Source of the DNA: Botryllus schlosseri
Lineage: Eukaryota
Reading direction: 5' to 3'
Length of the DNA: 64,000 nt
Assembly: GCA_051294905.1 (NCBI GenBank)
Contig: CM119381.1
Span: 11,222,001-11,286,000 of the forward strand
The notes beneath the pieces are model-generated. The model made no database searches and was not told where the DNA came from. It saw only the letters and a program-made list of their open reading frames with translations. Of this stretch, positions 39,701-55,135 are shown piece by piece; position 1 is the first letter of the stretch, and every line of letters starts with the position of its first letter. A program made the position numbers and the translations under genes.

Positions 39701-42700
39701 ATTCATCCGTCTTCTGCTTGCATTCATCAACATCTACAAAATTAATCAAAAATAATTATAGGTAGGCCTTGTGGACATCTTATCACACCTACCATTGCAT
39801 TTTTTCATGCCTTTCCCGACGTATCCATTTTTGCATTCACAAAAGTAACTGCCGGCAGTGTTCTTACAAGTGGACTCTTCGACGCAGCTATTATCGCCAT
39901 CACATTCATTCACATCGACACATTTACCATTATTTTCAGCATATCCCTCCATGCAAGTGCAATTGTAACTGCCCTCAGTATTGACACATTTGGAATTGGT
40001 GTCGCAAGTGCTCGTCCCAGTTTTGCATTCGTTAACGTCTGCAGTGACATACAATATATTGAGAATGCACGGATGGAAGTATGCATGAAATCTCACCGTT
40101 GCAAGCTTTATTTCCTTCGCCAGTAAATCCTTCTATGCACATACATATGAAGGAACCGACTATGTTATTGCACTCCGCATTCTCAACGCAATCATTGCTG
40201 TCCGTTTTACATTCATCCACATCTAAATCACCAGTTCATTGTAATATCGATACCAAGTAGTAACCATCATTAGCATACCAATACATTGTCCGTTCGGTGA
40301 TTTTTTGAAGCCCGGCGCACACACACAATTGTATCCTCCATCTATGTTCTGGCATTTAGCGTTAAAATTTTCACAATCATCAGTTTTGTTTTTGCATTCG
40401 TCAATATCTGAAGTACAAATTTTGTTTTTCCATATATGGGAACATGTTGCTGCATGGTTCAAATGATATTTTACTGGAGCTGGTCGAGAGAACATCAGTT
40501 ATATTTTCTCTGAATGTCCAAAATGATTGTCCTTTATTTGTGTTTATTACCCAAGGGGTTTTGGTACTTTGACATATAGCACTTTCCCTATTCGATATTA
40601 GACTGCTAACTCAAAATATTTTGGGTTTGATGGAGTAGTAAGACAGGCGTTGATGGATCAATTTTGCAAATGACACCAACGCAATGCTCAGGAGCTACGG
40701 CGATTTTATCAAAATCCAGGTAAAACTTTTTAAAGTTATACTTATTTGTCATGCTATTAGTCATCCATTGGTACCCAATTTCCATGGATCTTACAATCTT
40801 GAATGATTTTAGGGGCTACAATACAGAATATAACACCCAACCCAGTTCGCATTGACCAGAACAACTTCTCCTGCAATTTGCATCTCCCTCTCTACAACTA
40901 TTTGAAGTCATTTTGGGCAGCCTTAGAAGACACTACATCTATCTGGATATATAAAAATAATGTATATATTCACATATTTGAAATTGTGATATTCAATAGC
41001 TCCTTGGGGGAAACAGTGAATAAGCACATACGAAAAATAGTAAAAAACATAGTTCTTGTGATATATAAATATTTGTAAAATTGGCATTGAATTAAAATAT
41101 AGGGATTGATAATTCCACGATACTGTGAAAATGATAGAATTATGAAAACCAACATCATACAAAGCAAATGTAATCGTTTCATCACAATACCAACCCTGAT
41201 AGATTCCAGAGCTAACTTCTTCAAATCCTGGATTGACGTTGCACTTGTAGCTGCCATCGACATTTTCACAAGTAGTGTTGTCCACGCAGATATCGTCCAG
41301 ACACTCATTTATATCTGGAAGACGGTGTGATTTAATACAATCAGTTCTATCGATATTCCCTAATACAAACAAATTAAAGTAACATATCCAAAAACTGCAA
41401 TGACACATTTTAAGGAATACACGATCATATTAAAATGCACACCTTTGCATTGGGCTATGCCGTCGCCAGAATATCCAGTATTACACTGACATGTGAATGA
41501 TCCAACACTATTCAAGCAATTTGCATTTTCCAGACACGGGTCATCCTCATTTTGGCATTCATTGACATCTTAACATATAACAGAAGTTAATGGCAATCCG
41601 TCAGTTTCATGGATGATTGATTCAAAATAACGTACCAATACAATTTCCGGTGTTTTCATCTTTTATATATCCTTTGATGCAAATACATTCGTATCCCTCG
41701 GGTATGTCTTTACATTTGGCATTTTCATCACAATCATCACTGCCATTGTCACAATTGCTATCAACTGGAATACGCCAATAGCAATGTAAAATTGGTGATC
41801 ATAACATCAATTAGCAATCATACCTAGGCAGTAATCAACACCGTCTCCACTTAAGCCGTCTTTACATTCGCAATTGAAGCTTCCCTTGGTGTTTGTGCAA
41901 ATTGCCTTATCATGGCAGGGATTGTTTAGGCATTCGTTGTTGTCTATTGAAATAAAATATATTCATTAATATAGAATTTCTGAATCCAGAGAGAGCATAC
42001 ACTCATTGTATAACACTCAAAATTACTACAGTATACAAATAACGCTTGAGACTAGAGCCTGATCAAGATGTAGACAATATCCGCTTTCATAGTAATATCA
42101 GTATCTGACAGCTCTGGCTGTGCTCTTTGATCATTAGATTTGTCTAATATTCAATGCTCAAGTATGGCAAATTGATACTCGGCTACTAAAATGAGGATGT
42201 GGATCACTCTGTAGCCATGAACCGTTGGTGAGAATGCAGGAAAGTTGTTTTCCTAACTTCTGTGTATTATGGTATAGGCCTTTTGGTATTGTAATGCCAG
42301 TTTTATTCACTACGTTGCAGTTTTATGGGGAATAAGTGGGGTTGATATGAGATATATTTTCAAAATTACTTCGACTTATTACAAGTTTTACTTAAAATAT
42401 GTTACATGTTGATATCACCAAAAAATACTGGTATGTTGCCAAAAATCTGTTATAAGGTATCAGTCGGCTGTAATCAGGATACAGGCATGACAATGTTTCA
42501 ATGTTTTAAAGGTATTTCGTGTAAAAAAGAGCTTTGAGAAAGTCTAAGACTTTGAAAAGTAGTTCACAGCTTTTACATAAGTGATATGCATCCTTTCAGA
42601 AGTATTCTGCTTCAATTACAGGCAATGTGAAAGCAAAAATAGTCCGATGAAAACCATTGGAGAAAATTGTGAACACAGAGAAAACCTATTTAGGGAGTCA

Positions 42701-45700
42701 AAAAATTAGAAGCAGCCTACATAATGAATATCCATCTCTGTCATATATCAGCTCACAGACAATAGAAATAACTTGTGAAAACCCACTTCATTCATATAAA
42801 TCGGTACCTTGGCAAGATTTGAAGCCATCGCCTCTGTATCCATCCCTGCATTCACAATTGTAGCTGCCACGAGTGTTGGAACACTGTGCATCTTGCGCAC
42901 ACGGCATTTCTTCCATAGTGCATTCATCAACGTCATCGCAGGTCTTTCCATTTCCTTGGTAGCCAGAGATGCAAATACAGTCGTATCCTCCATTGCTATT
43001 CTCACAACGAGAATTGCTGTCACAGTCGGCAGCACCATTGTTGCATTCGTCGATATCTACGAAATCGAGATTTCTCGGTCATGATGTCTAACTGCCTATG
43101 TTACTGAGCAGTCTCTGTGAGAGATAGGTTAACTGAGCGGTAATATTGATATACAAAAGCATTCGAGTTCGGTTAGTATAACAGATGTCTAGAAAAGGCG
43201 TATGTTATCACAAACGAATCGTTTGTGCACCAAAACGCTTGTGACACACTTACCTAGACAGTTATTTGGTCCTGTCTGTACATAACCATCTTTACACACA
43301 CACTCGTAACCGCCAGGTGTATTGAAGCATGTGCTGGAGTTTGAGCACTCGTCAATACCAAGAGCGCACTCATCGGTATCTGGAATGTGAATTTGTTGTA
43401 AAATCCTGTCACATTTCTTTCATTAGAGACAGAGAGTACCTCCGCAAGAGGCTCCTATAGCGGATGAATATCCATCTTTGCAACTGCATTGATAACTCCC
43501 TTCTGTATTGACACATTCATCTTCATCCAAGCATGCATCCAGTCCAAGAGAACATTCATCCAAATCTATTATTGGAGGTATTGAATTAGAGCTTCACCAA
43601 GGCACGAAATATAGTATCATACCTTTGCACTCCACTGCAGGATTGCCAAAAAATCCTTGTTTACATTCACACAAGTGCGAACCAGGTAAGTTACGGCATT
43701 CTGCATTTTCAATGCATATATCCTCGGACAACAAGCATTCGTTGACATCTGTAAAAGATGTAAAAATAGAAGTTTGAAATGTTTTTTAATATAGTCAATT
43801 AGTCACGTACCAAGGCACGATGCAATTCCTGATCCAAAACAGTCTTTCTTTCCGCCGCCTTCGTACCCGTCATTGCAACTGCACAGAAAACTTCCTTCTG
43901 TGTTATTACAATGTGCGTTCTTGTCACACGGATGAGCTATTTCACATTCGTTGATATCTGTGGAACACAATAATGTGTATTAGGAGTCACCACTGACAAT
44001 GATAATATCATTTACATACCATTGCAAGATGATTTTCCGTCGCCTGTAAAGCCATCTTTGCACACGCATGTATATCCGCCGTGAACATTCTTACAGATTG
44101 AATTTGCCTTACAATCGTTGATGAATCCACATTCGTCGATATCTGTACACATAATAACATAAATCATCCATATCAATTCACATTTCTATACAAATTGAAC
44201 AAAAATTTTCAGTTTAGTAGCATATCAACAATAGATTAGACTTACATACAAGCCAATTATAAAAAAGACTGGTTACGGAGCTGACCCTATGTGCAGTTTT
44301 CAAAACCAAAAACAATTAAAATATTCCATATGAAATTATTATTAAATCAATATTAATAAAACACAAAGCAAGCTAGGGCGTGTTTATTGATTACACCACA
44401 AACATTAAGAAAATTTAGTATATATGCTTTTTCCAGTCCAGATAAATTCAAAAAAATTGAGTCACTCCAGTTGAAAGAGAATATTGATCAGGTTATCAGT
44501 GGCAGGGTACTAATTTCGTTAAGGATAACTTAATCTCAGTGTTTTATAAATGGAATCAGTGCACCCTAGCATTAAGGTATATGTCTGATTATCACGAAAA
44601 AATTCAACTGTACAGGCTGGTAGTAACTCACCAACACAGGTCTTTCCATCTCCTTTGAATCCTTCGATACATTCACAAAGGAAACTTTGCTTTGTATTTT
44701 TACACATCGCATTTTCATCGCAGTCATGCAAGTCCAGTGCACATTCATCGATTTCTTTATATTTCACAAAGAATCAATTTATTCTCAGTTATTTTCTATA
44801 TAAATGATTTGTTCCTACCATTGCAAGCCACCATACCATCTCCTGTGTATCCAGATTTGCATACACATTGGTAATTTCCATCTATGTTGATGCAATCCGA
44901 GTTTGGTTTACACTGGTGCGTGTTGCTCGAGCATTCATCGTCATCTTGTCAGAATCGAAATTCACTAGTGGTGTTAACGCAATACAAATGGCAGATGAAC
45001 ATACCGATACATTTGGCGTTCACTTTGAGATACCCATCGACACAATTGCACCGAAAACTTCCGACTGTATTAACGCACCGCGCATTGGGATCGCATTCAA
45101 AATTTCCTGTCTTGCATTCGTCGATATCTGAGTATTAATTGCAAGCTTAGTCAGTCTTATTTTCGGAATCTTCGTGGATAGCTACATACCAATGCATTGA
45201 CACAAGTCGTTCTCTTCGAAGCCATCTTTGCATTTACACGTGAAACCACCGTCAGTGTTTTTACAATCTGCATTCGGGTCGCAGTTACTTGTTCCCAATG
45301 CGCATTCGTTGATGTCTTGAAATTATAAACAGTTAGATAATGCATAGAATAAGTGAATATATCAGTGTTATGAGATATTATCTTGATATGATACATGGTG
45401 CACATTATAGCATAAATTTACCATCGCAACCAGTATCTGGATTTCCCGTGTATCCCTCTTTGCATTGACAGGTGTGAGACCCATCTGCATTTATACAGAT
45501 GGCGTTTTCTCCGCAAACATCTTTCTTCTCAACACACTCATTGATGTCTGGAGAATGAATAAATCATCTTGATACTTTAGGTTGTATGGCATAAAGAAAT
45601 GTCAATACATCTTTTTGAGTAGAAATATGAGAATCGTCAACATAATTAACAATTTCACCAAATCTAGATGTTTCAAGAAGTGAAAATTAAAACGGCATTG

Positions 45701-48700
45701 GAAAAAACTGCACACCATAATACGAAATGTATCTATGACATAGCACATAAGCTGGAAATCACTCATAAAATCACGTGTAAGTAAAATGTAATCTTCCCTA
45801 CCATCACAAGTATGTCCATTTCCACGATATCCATTTAGACACTTGCATTGATAACTCCCCACTGTGTTATTACAAACTGCAGCAATATCACACGAGTCAA
45901 GTCCTTCCACACATTCATCAACGTCTATCAAGTGTACAGTTATAGTGTGAAAATATACATTTGTGATAAAAAGTCTAGCATGAAACAACCTTCACATATC
46001 TGCAATTCGGTACGCTTGAACCCATCCTTACAAAGGCACAAATGACCTCCGACTTCATTGACACATTTTTCATTTTCTGTACAGTTGTCCTCGTTAGTTT
46101 GACACTCATCAATATCTGCAATGAAGCAGCTGTAAGGTTTCTAGAATTTCGTACACAGTAAGTGTGACTGTATACCATCACAGAATGTCCGACCCTCGCC
46201 TTTGTAACCGACCGCACATGTACATACATAAGATCCGATAGTGTTACTGCATTCTGAATTTTCAACGCATTTCGCCATCTCTTTGTCACACTCGACAATG
46301 TCTGTACACAGTAGAAATGAAATTCACGCTGTGATTCAACAACATATACAATACTAATATACTCATTTATACATCTTAGAAGCAGTATCCAATACATTTG
46401 CAAGAATGAATCATTATTACAAGCACCGGTTACAACTTTGTACTATACAGATTAAAATATTATAAATTAAATCATCGATGATAATCAATATTTTGTGAAC
46501 CCTTGCAACCAAGAAAAACAATGTCTGCTCAATGTACGATGTCATAAACACATCAACTAGTCTGCTTTAGCACGCCAATGAAACACAATTCTTTTATATA
46601 TTACCTTCGCATATATCAGTTGTGTTCCTGTCATAACCAGGTTTGCAATTGCAAACAAATCCACCATCAGTATTTTTGCAAGTAGCATTTTTATCTTGAC
46701 AATCATTATTGCCAGTCTCACATTCGTTGACGTCAATACAAGTGTTATCGCGTGACATTTCGTAACCCTTGTTACAAATGCAGTTGTGACTCCCGACAGT
46801 GTTCTCACATTGTGCGTTTTCTTCGCAAGAATCAGTGCCTTTGGTGCATTCATCGACATCTGCATAAAAAAGAAATTGAAATGTATAGGAAATCACAAAA
46901 ACGAATGCATCATCCGTAAGAAAGTTTCAAAAAGTAATCAAATATCACTTCGAATTCAAATTAAATTTCATCAGTGTATTGTAGTGATATACAAGCGATG
47001 AACAGCATATTCAGATTGCCAAATTTACCCCACTCTCAACTTTTAACTAACTGAATTCGAAATATGAACGTATTGTCTGCAGCAATAATGAAGTTTTTTA
47101 CCACCAGAAGCAAAATTACTGTATACAGACAATGTGTGGAATGATATGTGCAAACTCGTAAATATATGCATGTTTTAACTTAATACCGTTGCATTGCTTT
47201 TTGCCATCTCCTTCAAATCCGTCAGAGCATATGCATCTGTGATCGCCATTTGTGTTAGAACACTCTGTGTTTTCAACGCATTCATCGTCGCCCGTTACGC
47301 ATTCATTGACATCAGAGCAAACTTGTTTCCCATCGCCAGTAAATCCTTTCTCACAAGTGCAAAGGTAACTACCTTCTGTGTTGTTGCAAACCGCATTTTG
47401 GGCGCAAGGATTCTCGAGACATTCGTCGATATCTGAATGAAGATCAGACATTAGAGATCACATTTGTGAAAACATAAAGCCGAGTAAGCACATACCAGCT
47501 AGATACTGATTGTAGAAAGGATATTTGTAGCATTTCAAGAAAATTATATTTGCCCATTGAAACAATAAAGATATTTGCCTATCTCAGATAAAAAGACAAA
47601 AATGCAAAATACAAGATTACAGTTCCATAGATGTTATTTATGTGATTGGAAAAGACAATTTGGATTATTCAGTCCAACATATACAAAGTAATTTTCCAAT
47701 TCAACCCTTGTTACTTACCGTCACATTCAAGATCTGTGTCATCCTTTTTATACCCAGCCACACATTCAAATATTGCACTGCCACGAGTATTGACGCAGAC
47801 CGCATTGTCCGGTAATACAAAATCACTTTCTTCCATGCATTCGTTGACATCTTACACAAAAATGAGTGATTGAGTTGACGACAGGAGCTGTGTCTAGTGA
47901 ATTTACATACCTTCACAAAGTGATTTCCCATCTCCTTTATATCCTCGTTTGCACTGGCAATCGAAGGAACCTGGATTGTTGTTACATTTAGCATCCAAAG
48001 CGCAGACTCCTTCATTCTTGTCTTCACATTCATCGATATCTGTGAAAGACATAATTGCTGTTTGAATCACACAAAGTGGTTCAACGCTGAGAAAGCGAAT
48101 GCATCAGCCATACCTGTATTTTGATTTTTGTAACAATTTTGTCTCGAAATACAACCACAGATTGAATGTCTTTGCCAGATTCAAACCAATCACTTCTTAA
48201 GGTATTTAGTATGTCTACAACAGGATAACTAAATCAATATTTTACAAAGGAAAAGATTTCTATATCACATTCATATTTTTGCCGGGCTAGACGGGCTTTA
48301 TTGCTTCACGGGGGATCATGATATGACTTGATTTGGTATTACCACCACCGGAAGTGTCACCTCTGGATTCTGTGCTTTGTCAAGTATTCATAATACCGAT
48401 GATAGTAAGATGATAATTACTCAAAGAGCCAGAACAACTTTTGTGGGTGGAGATAACCATGTTTGGAATAAAAGTTCTATTTAACCTCCCCCCCCCAAAA
48501 AAAAAATATATCGGATGTAATGCTACGTTGAAGCTATTATCTGAAATACTAATATCGGGATAAATCTCACACTGTAATGGTACACTTTCAATACAAAATT
48601 AGAGGAAGGTAATGTAGATATGAAAATCACTAGACCTTCGCATTCCCCATTTTTGTCCTGATATCCTTCCACGCAGTCACATTTGTATGATCCAGGAGCA

Positions 48701-51700
48701 TTTTTGCACTCAGTATTGTTCGTGCAGGTGAAACTCTCAATTGCACATTCATTAATATCTGTGGAAACAAACGTTTCATAAAAAATGTGACGCAGCGACA
48801 GCTGAGATGATTCGAGACATACCTGAACATAAGTTAGTACCATCTCCCGAGTAGCCGACATCACAAGTGCATTGAAAACTTCCAGCAGTGTTTGTGCACA
48901 CTGCATTTTTGTGACAAGGTGAATCTTCACATTCGTCGATATCTAAGAATCAAGAAATAATAGCTTGTTATGCATCTGGAAATCCCTACGATTTAATGCT
49001 GTCTGTAAAAACTACTGACAAATCTGCACTTGGAATCGTGTGTGATTCTAAATAGATTTGTATTAGAAAGTCCAATCTGCAGAATTTTACTGTTGCTCTG
49101 AATGCCTAAGTCTAAGATATTCCGAATGGGCTTGTTGATTCAAACGTACCTGTACAATCAAGCTTTCCATCTCCAGTGTAACCCATAGCGCAGTCGCACG
49201 CATATCCTCCTTTCAAATTACTGCACACAGCATTTTCTACACAAGGATTATCAGGCAGGGTGCATTCATCAATTTCTGTTATATGAAACATTTGATTATG
49301 ACATCCAATGTGATGTTTCAGTAGATTACGTTACCTTTACAGTTGTACCCGTCTCCCTCAAATCCGGTATTACAAGCACAGCTGTAATCACCGACAGTGT
49401 TTGAGCATTTTGCATTTTTGTCACATTTATGACTCCCGTCTACGCATTCGTCGATGTCTTTGCATTCTTCGAAACCATTTCCAGTGAAGCCTTTTTCACA
49501 AGAGCATTCATATCCACCATCGTTATTAGTGCATGCCGCAAATGTGACACATTCATCTGTGTCTTCCATGCATTCATCAATGTCTAAAGGGAAGGATGAA
49601 TTAAAGTTACATTACCAAGGGTGTAGCACAGGGGTTCTCAACCCGCGGCCCGCGGGCCGCATGCGGCCCGCAGACGATTCTTTTGCGGCCCGCGACATCT
49701 TTCAATATAATCACTACTGGCCCCGTATTGTTATGGAAGACCAATGTGTCACATTTGTCGAAGAACAGTTGTTGTAACAAAGCCTAGAAGCTTGAAATGA
49801 TAGCACGATAGTTTCATCTGGAGTTATACATATCAAACGTTGCTAGCTTGGTTTCAAGCCCAGCAATCCATATTTCGAATCATTTTTAACTTGCCGACGA
49901 CGTGACAAACGCATTGTTCAAAATTGCTTGGAATATCGCTAAACCCAAGAATCTGCTAGACAAGATATGGCTTCAATAAAACTTTAACGTACTGTGCGAA
50001 TATTCGCTGTTTCCGGAACTTAGCAGCAAGTCCTACATCACCTGACAAATTTCGAAGCTACAGTTGTCTGATGCAACAGTCACCAGAAGATCGAGTAACA
50101 GCGATCTCAGTCGATTTTTTATCGCATGTTCTGTAACACGTCGCCACGTAGACTACTTTAGCCTAGCATTGGACCTATCCATCGATGCACACAGTCCACA
50201 CACATTGCATAGCTAATTATCCAGGTGTTTTTATCAGAGTGAGCATGGGCATTGGGCATCTTTCCAGAGGAAATGCTGATGGGGCAAACGTGGGAAGGGG
50301 ACCAGGACATCAATTTGACAAAGCTGACGTCTGTAACTATTGGTGTATAGGGCTCCAGCCATGGAAGGAAATGAGAAGAGTTGATTGATTTGCTCAGAAA
50401 TGACCCCTAACGTCTCAATTCTTCTCATATCACTGAGAGCTCAGTAACGAAAAAGTCACCGTAATTTTATACTTGCTCGCTCACGCAGCGAAACAGTGAG
50501 TTCGGTTCTCTGGTAGTGGAAGGGTTTGAAGGGTGCATATACCATACCGACATGGTAACGAATGGAATGTACGCTCCATGAAAGGATTTACTTGCGCCAC
50601 TTGAAGATCGATATTCTCACAAAAAAACAGCAACTGCAAACTTACGAACGCTCTCCATTAATGCTTTAAAATGCACACAAATGTCCTAAATGCCCGAATA
50701 AGACTGATAAATAGGCCTTAATTTAATAGTAGCCCACAAATACACGGTGATAAGGTTCTGCGGCCCGCAGCGTCTTTTAGTGTGAAAATGCGGCCCGTTA
50801 TACGAGGGAAGTTGAGAACCCCTGGTGTAGCATTTCAAAAGTTGGTTGAAAGTAATCTTTACAAATAAAGCATCACATGAATTCATAGCCATATTCTATT
50901 TCATTTTGTAACTATCAATGTTCAGTTGCTACGAGACTGTTCTTGAGATAATTTTATTATGTTTCAACATGTATGTTGATGGCTCTGGCATTGCATTATG
51001 TATACAGAAGATATAAATTTACTTTCAAGAGTCAACAGTAGATATGCGATGTTATGAAATTCTTGACATCCATTTAAAACCTATCTTACTAGATCAACTC
51101 ACCCAAATCTTCGACATTAAAAAACAGGTGCAACAAGGCTATTGGAGATATCCAAGCTACATGGGTTGGTCTTTCTTCCGAAAACATCCTCAATAAATAC
51201 ATCAAATTGGGCATATAGCCAAGTTAACAAATCTATGCAAATTTTCTTCACAATGTACAAGTTTCAAGTTATGGCGTGCCAGTGTTGAGTTGATATTTCT
51301 GGGGCATCTGCATCATGTCTATTTGCAGCATCAGTTTACATACTTAACCATTTCAAGATAAAACGGCAGTCCCTCACCAATACAGGAGTTGATCCCGTCA
51401 CCAGAGTACCCGTGTCCACATTCGCAGGTGTATTTGCCAGGTGGTTTATTATAACATTCAGCGAGATTGTGGCAGATTTGATCTTGGCACTCGTCAATAT
51501 CTGAAAAATACAATATAGCAAAATATCTGAGTTAAAACCATTGCAGCTTAGTAGCAAAGTCATACTTTACTTTGTACTCTGTACAAAGCAGAACTTACTT
51601 GAAAACGCTTAAAACCAATCAATTTCTAAAGGAAGACATATTGAACTGCCTACAACATATCACGAAATAACCTTTGAAGAGCTATATGAGAAACATTAAC

Positions 51701-54700
51701 CCCAACATTACACAAGTATGATTGACATTGTAATATGTACTATTTACCAACCTGTACATCCTTGCAGAGGATCACCAGTATAGCCATTGTGACAAATACA
51801 CGAGGATGTTCCTGGCAGATTTTTGCATTTCGCGTTAGCTTTGCAATTATGGGTGCGTGTCTTGCATTCATTGATATCTGATAGAAAGCAGATAGAACAA
51901 TGAATTGTAGGATAAACAGCTTTCAACATAGCTCTAATGATTTTGAATAATATATTCATATTGAAATGAACCTGAAAAATTTTGACCGACAAGCGTCATG
52001 GGCAATCATTTGGGTTCATTTCTATTGGAATATAATATACAATTGTATATTGAAGTTGTGTACTTCCAAGAAGCTCTTCTAATGATTTTATGTAAGTGAA
52101 TCACATCAGCTGGGTAAACCAAAGGATGTAGTGTTTCGTCCTAACGAAATCTACCTGTGCATGTTTTCCCATCTCCATCATAGCCTTCCTTGCAGGCACA
52201 TTTGTAACTGCCTGGAGTGTTGACACATTCAGCCTTGTCATCACAATCGTTAGTATCATCACTTTCACATTCGTTTACATCTAGATACAAAGGTTGCAAA
52301 TGGAAATAGTGCGATTATTTAATTGGTTCCTGATGCAAGCTAACAAAATACCTTTGCATTCAACCTTTGCATCACCGGCGAATCCAGGTAAGCAGGAGCA
52401 CATAAATGATGCATCCGTGTTGTTGCATATAGCGTTACTTGTGCAATCGTGTGTACCAGTAGTGCATTCATCAATATCTGCAAATCCAGGATAAACTATT
52501 CATATTTTCAAATTTCCAGTGCTGGAAATTAATGACATATTTCGGATACACCTTAAAACCTGAGCAGAGGTCATTTCAGACGATCCATTCTAACTTTTCA
52601 TTCATGTCGTGCCAAGTCTAATATTCGATTATTCAGTTTCTTTTCATTTAAGAGCATTTCCACTTTTATAAAAATGTCGCTTTTTTCAAGCAACATTGAA
52701 GGCCACTAAAAGTCTATTGGTTCAGAAAAGAGTCCTTGTCGCAAAACATGTTATTCTGAGATCGCAAAATGGATCAATATTTCTAATTCACAATTTTTCA
52801 TTGCATTGCTGTAACTGAATGAATCTATCTGAACTACACGATATTGTTACAATGGGAATACAATGGGAAAGATACAATATTCCACATGTATCCAGGTATA
52901 ATTCTACGCCATCATTCATATTGGAAAGCTTCATTGAAGCTATATTTTGTGTTATACAATATCCATTGTAGAGAATGAAACAATCACAATACAAACCTTC
53001 ACAAACAGAATCATCACTCTGTTGATAACCCTCTTTGCACTTGCAGAAAAAACTACCAGGTGTGTCTTCGCACACAAAATCTTTGGCACAAGACTCAGGC
53101 CTATTGCACTCGTTTACATCTGAAAGATATCCATAATATTGCTTCACGAAACCAACATATGGAATTGTAAGCATTACTTTTGCAAATTTCCCCTTCCAGT
53201 TTGTATCCATTATTACAAGAGCAAGTATAACTTCCCTCTGTGTTGTTGCATCTGGAATTCACGGGACACGGATTGTCCAGACATTCATCGACATCTGTAA
53301 ATAAGCAAACCAATCGATAAAAATTTGTGATAAAAAGATAATAGGATGCTTCATTTGTCGCATTTTGCAGAAAGATAGTTGGTAAACGTTCCAAGATCAA
53401 TTTATTTACATCATTCATCACCACAGTCTGTAGAGCATTGTATCCAGCCACCAGTATTGCTATATGTACAATATATAATACCCCTTGCACTAATGACTTC
53501 ATGTAATCCATATATCTGTTGCAACGTTCTTAGATAGGTCAGTCCCACAGCATGGAGTAGAATGAATAATATACCAGGGTAACAACAAAGATTTACAGCA
53601 GAGTCACTACATCCCTGACAAGGCCATACAGCATTTGTTTTCCCTCCATATGCCCAAAGGTCGCTATATTTCCCTTGAAGAGTAAATTACCAGAACTATT
53701 GATAAGCAAACATTGAACTCATGGACTAACCTAAAGATACTCGTACAATTACAGACACCTGATTCCCAAATGATAATGCTGTTACAGCAAGATGTTGATA
53801 CATTACAAAACACAATTTAAAAACGTAATGTAATATTTACCGGTACAAGAATCATCCTCATCAACGAATCCTTCTATGCAGGTACAGGTAAAGCTGCCTG
53901 CAGAGTTCGTGCATTTTTCATTTGCCCCACAAGCATCTTTGATATCACACTCGTCGATGTCTGACAATGTCAAAGGGCACACAAAATTAGTGCTGAAACT
54001 TTTTCAAATTGATAAATTGTAGTATAATAGAAGCATTTTTAAGCATGGGTTTCATTTATACGCTACCATGTCGCATCATATCCAAAACAATTATTATCAA
54101 AAATCTAACGAGCCAGGCAGAATCAAATATTTGAAATCACCAGAGCACTGATCTTTTTCGCCTGTGTATCCCTCTTTGCATTGGCAAGTAAATGAGCCAT
54201 TGTTATTGACACACTTTGTATTGCGTTCGCAATCGTCTGTTGCTCTTTCGCATTCGTTTATATCTGGATTGAACACATGACTTGGATTAAATGTTTCTAA
54301 ACACATTCAGTGCGACACAAAGGTAGTGAATTCGATCCAAATATTATATGCGAACTGTTGCGAATAAAGTTGCAATGTATCTTAGAGCTGGCTGAGTTTT
54401 CATATGACATCCACAGAAATGTGTAGTGATGCAACCAGATTGAACCAATCATACATTCAGTTTCCATACATTTACCCGGTGTCGACAAATCAAAGAGGTG
54501 GGTTTTCAAAATGACTAGTTGAGGTCTTTTAAGAAAACAGTGACCTTGGACACAGTAGCTTTGGATTATTTTTAAATTAGGTTGTAAAATCTGCAGTGTT
54601 TGCAGTAGTGATTAATGCAGACCAAATGGTTGTGCAAACAGTTATAAAGCATGCTTCAGAATTACTATACACCAGAGGCATATAGATATTGGTACAGTCA

Positions 54701-55104
54701 TTTATGTAATCTTAAAATATAATGTTACCAATGCATCCATCTTTCTTTTCCGACATCTCAAACCCGTCAATGCACAGGCAAATATAACTTCCGATATTAT
54801 TGACGCATTTAGAATTGTTCATACACGGGCTCATTACTTCATCACTGCATTCATCAATATCTTGAAAAATATAGAGTCAGCATTAGTCACCAAGAAATTT
54901 TACTATGTCAAATTATATACCGATGCATGTCTTTCCAGATTTGTCCTGTTTGATATATCCATCCTTGCAAACGCACATGTAAGAGCCAACAGTGTTGGCG
55001 CAGTCAGCTTGTTTGCCACACGGTGATGTCAAGCATTCGACAATATCTAGAAATACCAATTTTGCTGCATTACTATGCACAACTAATTTGACTATCAAGT
55101 GACC

Positions 55105-55135
<31 letters not shown>

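Noticed and set aside
50185-50892. Small ORFs inside the hAT element
   Set aside because: They are short with no transposase continuity; only stop-interrupted remnants near 49735-49955 are recognisable.
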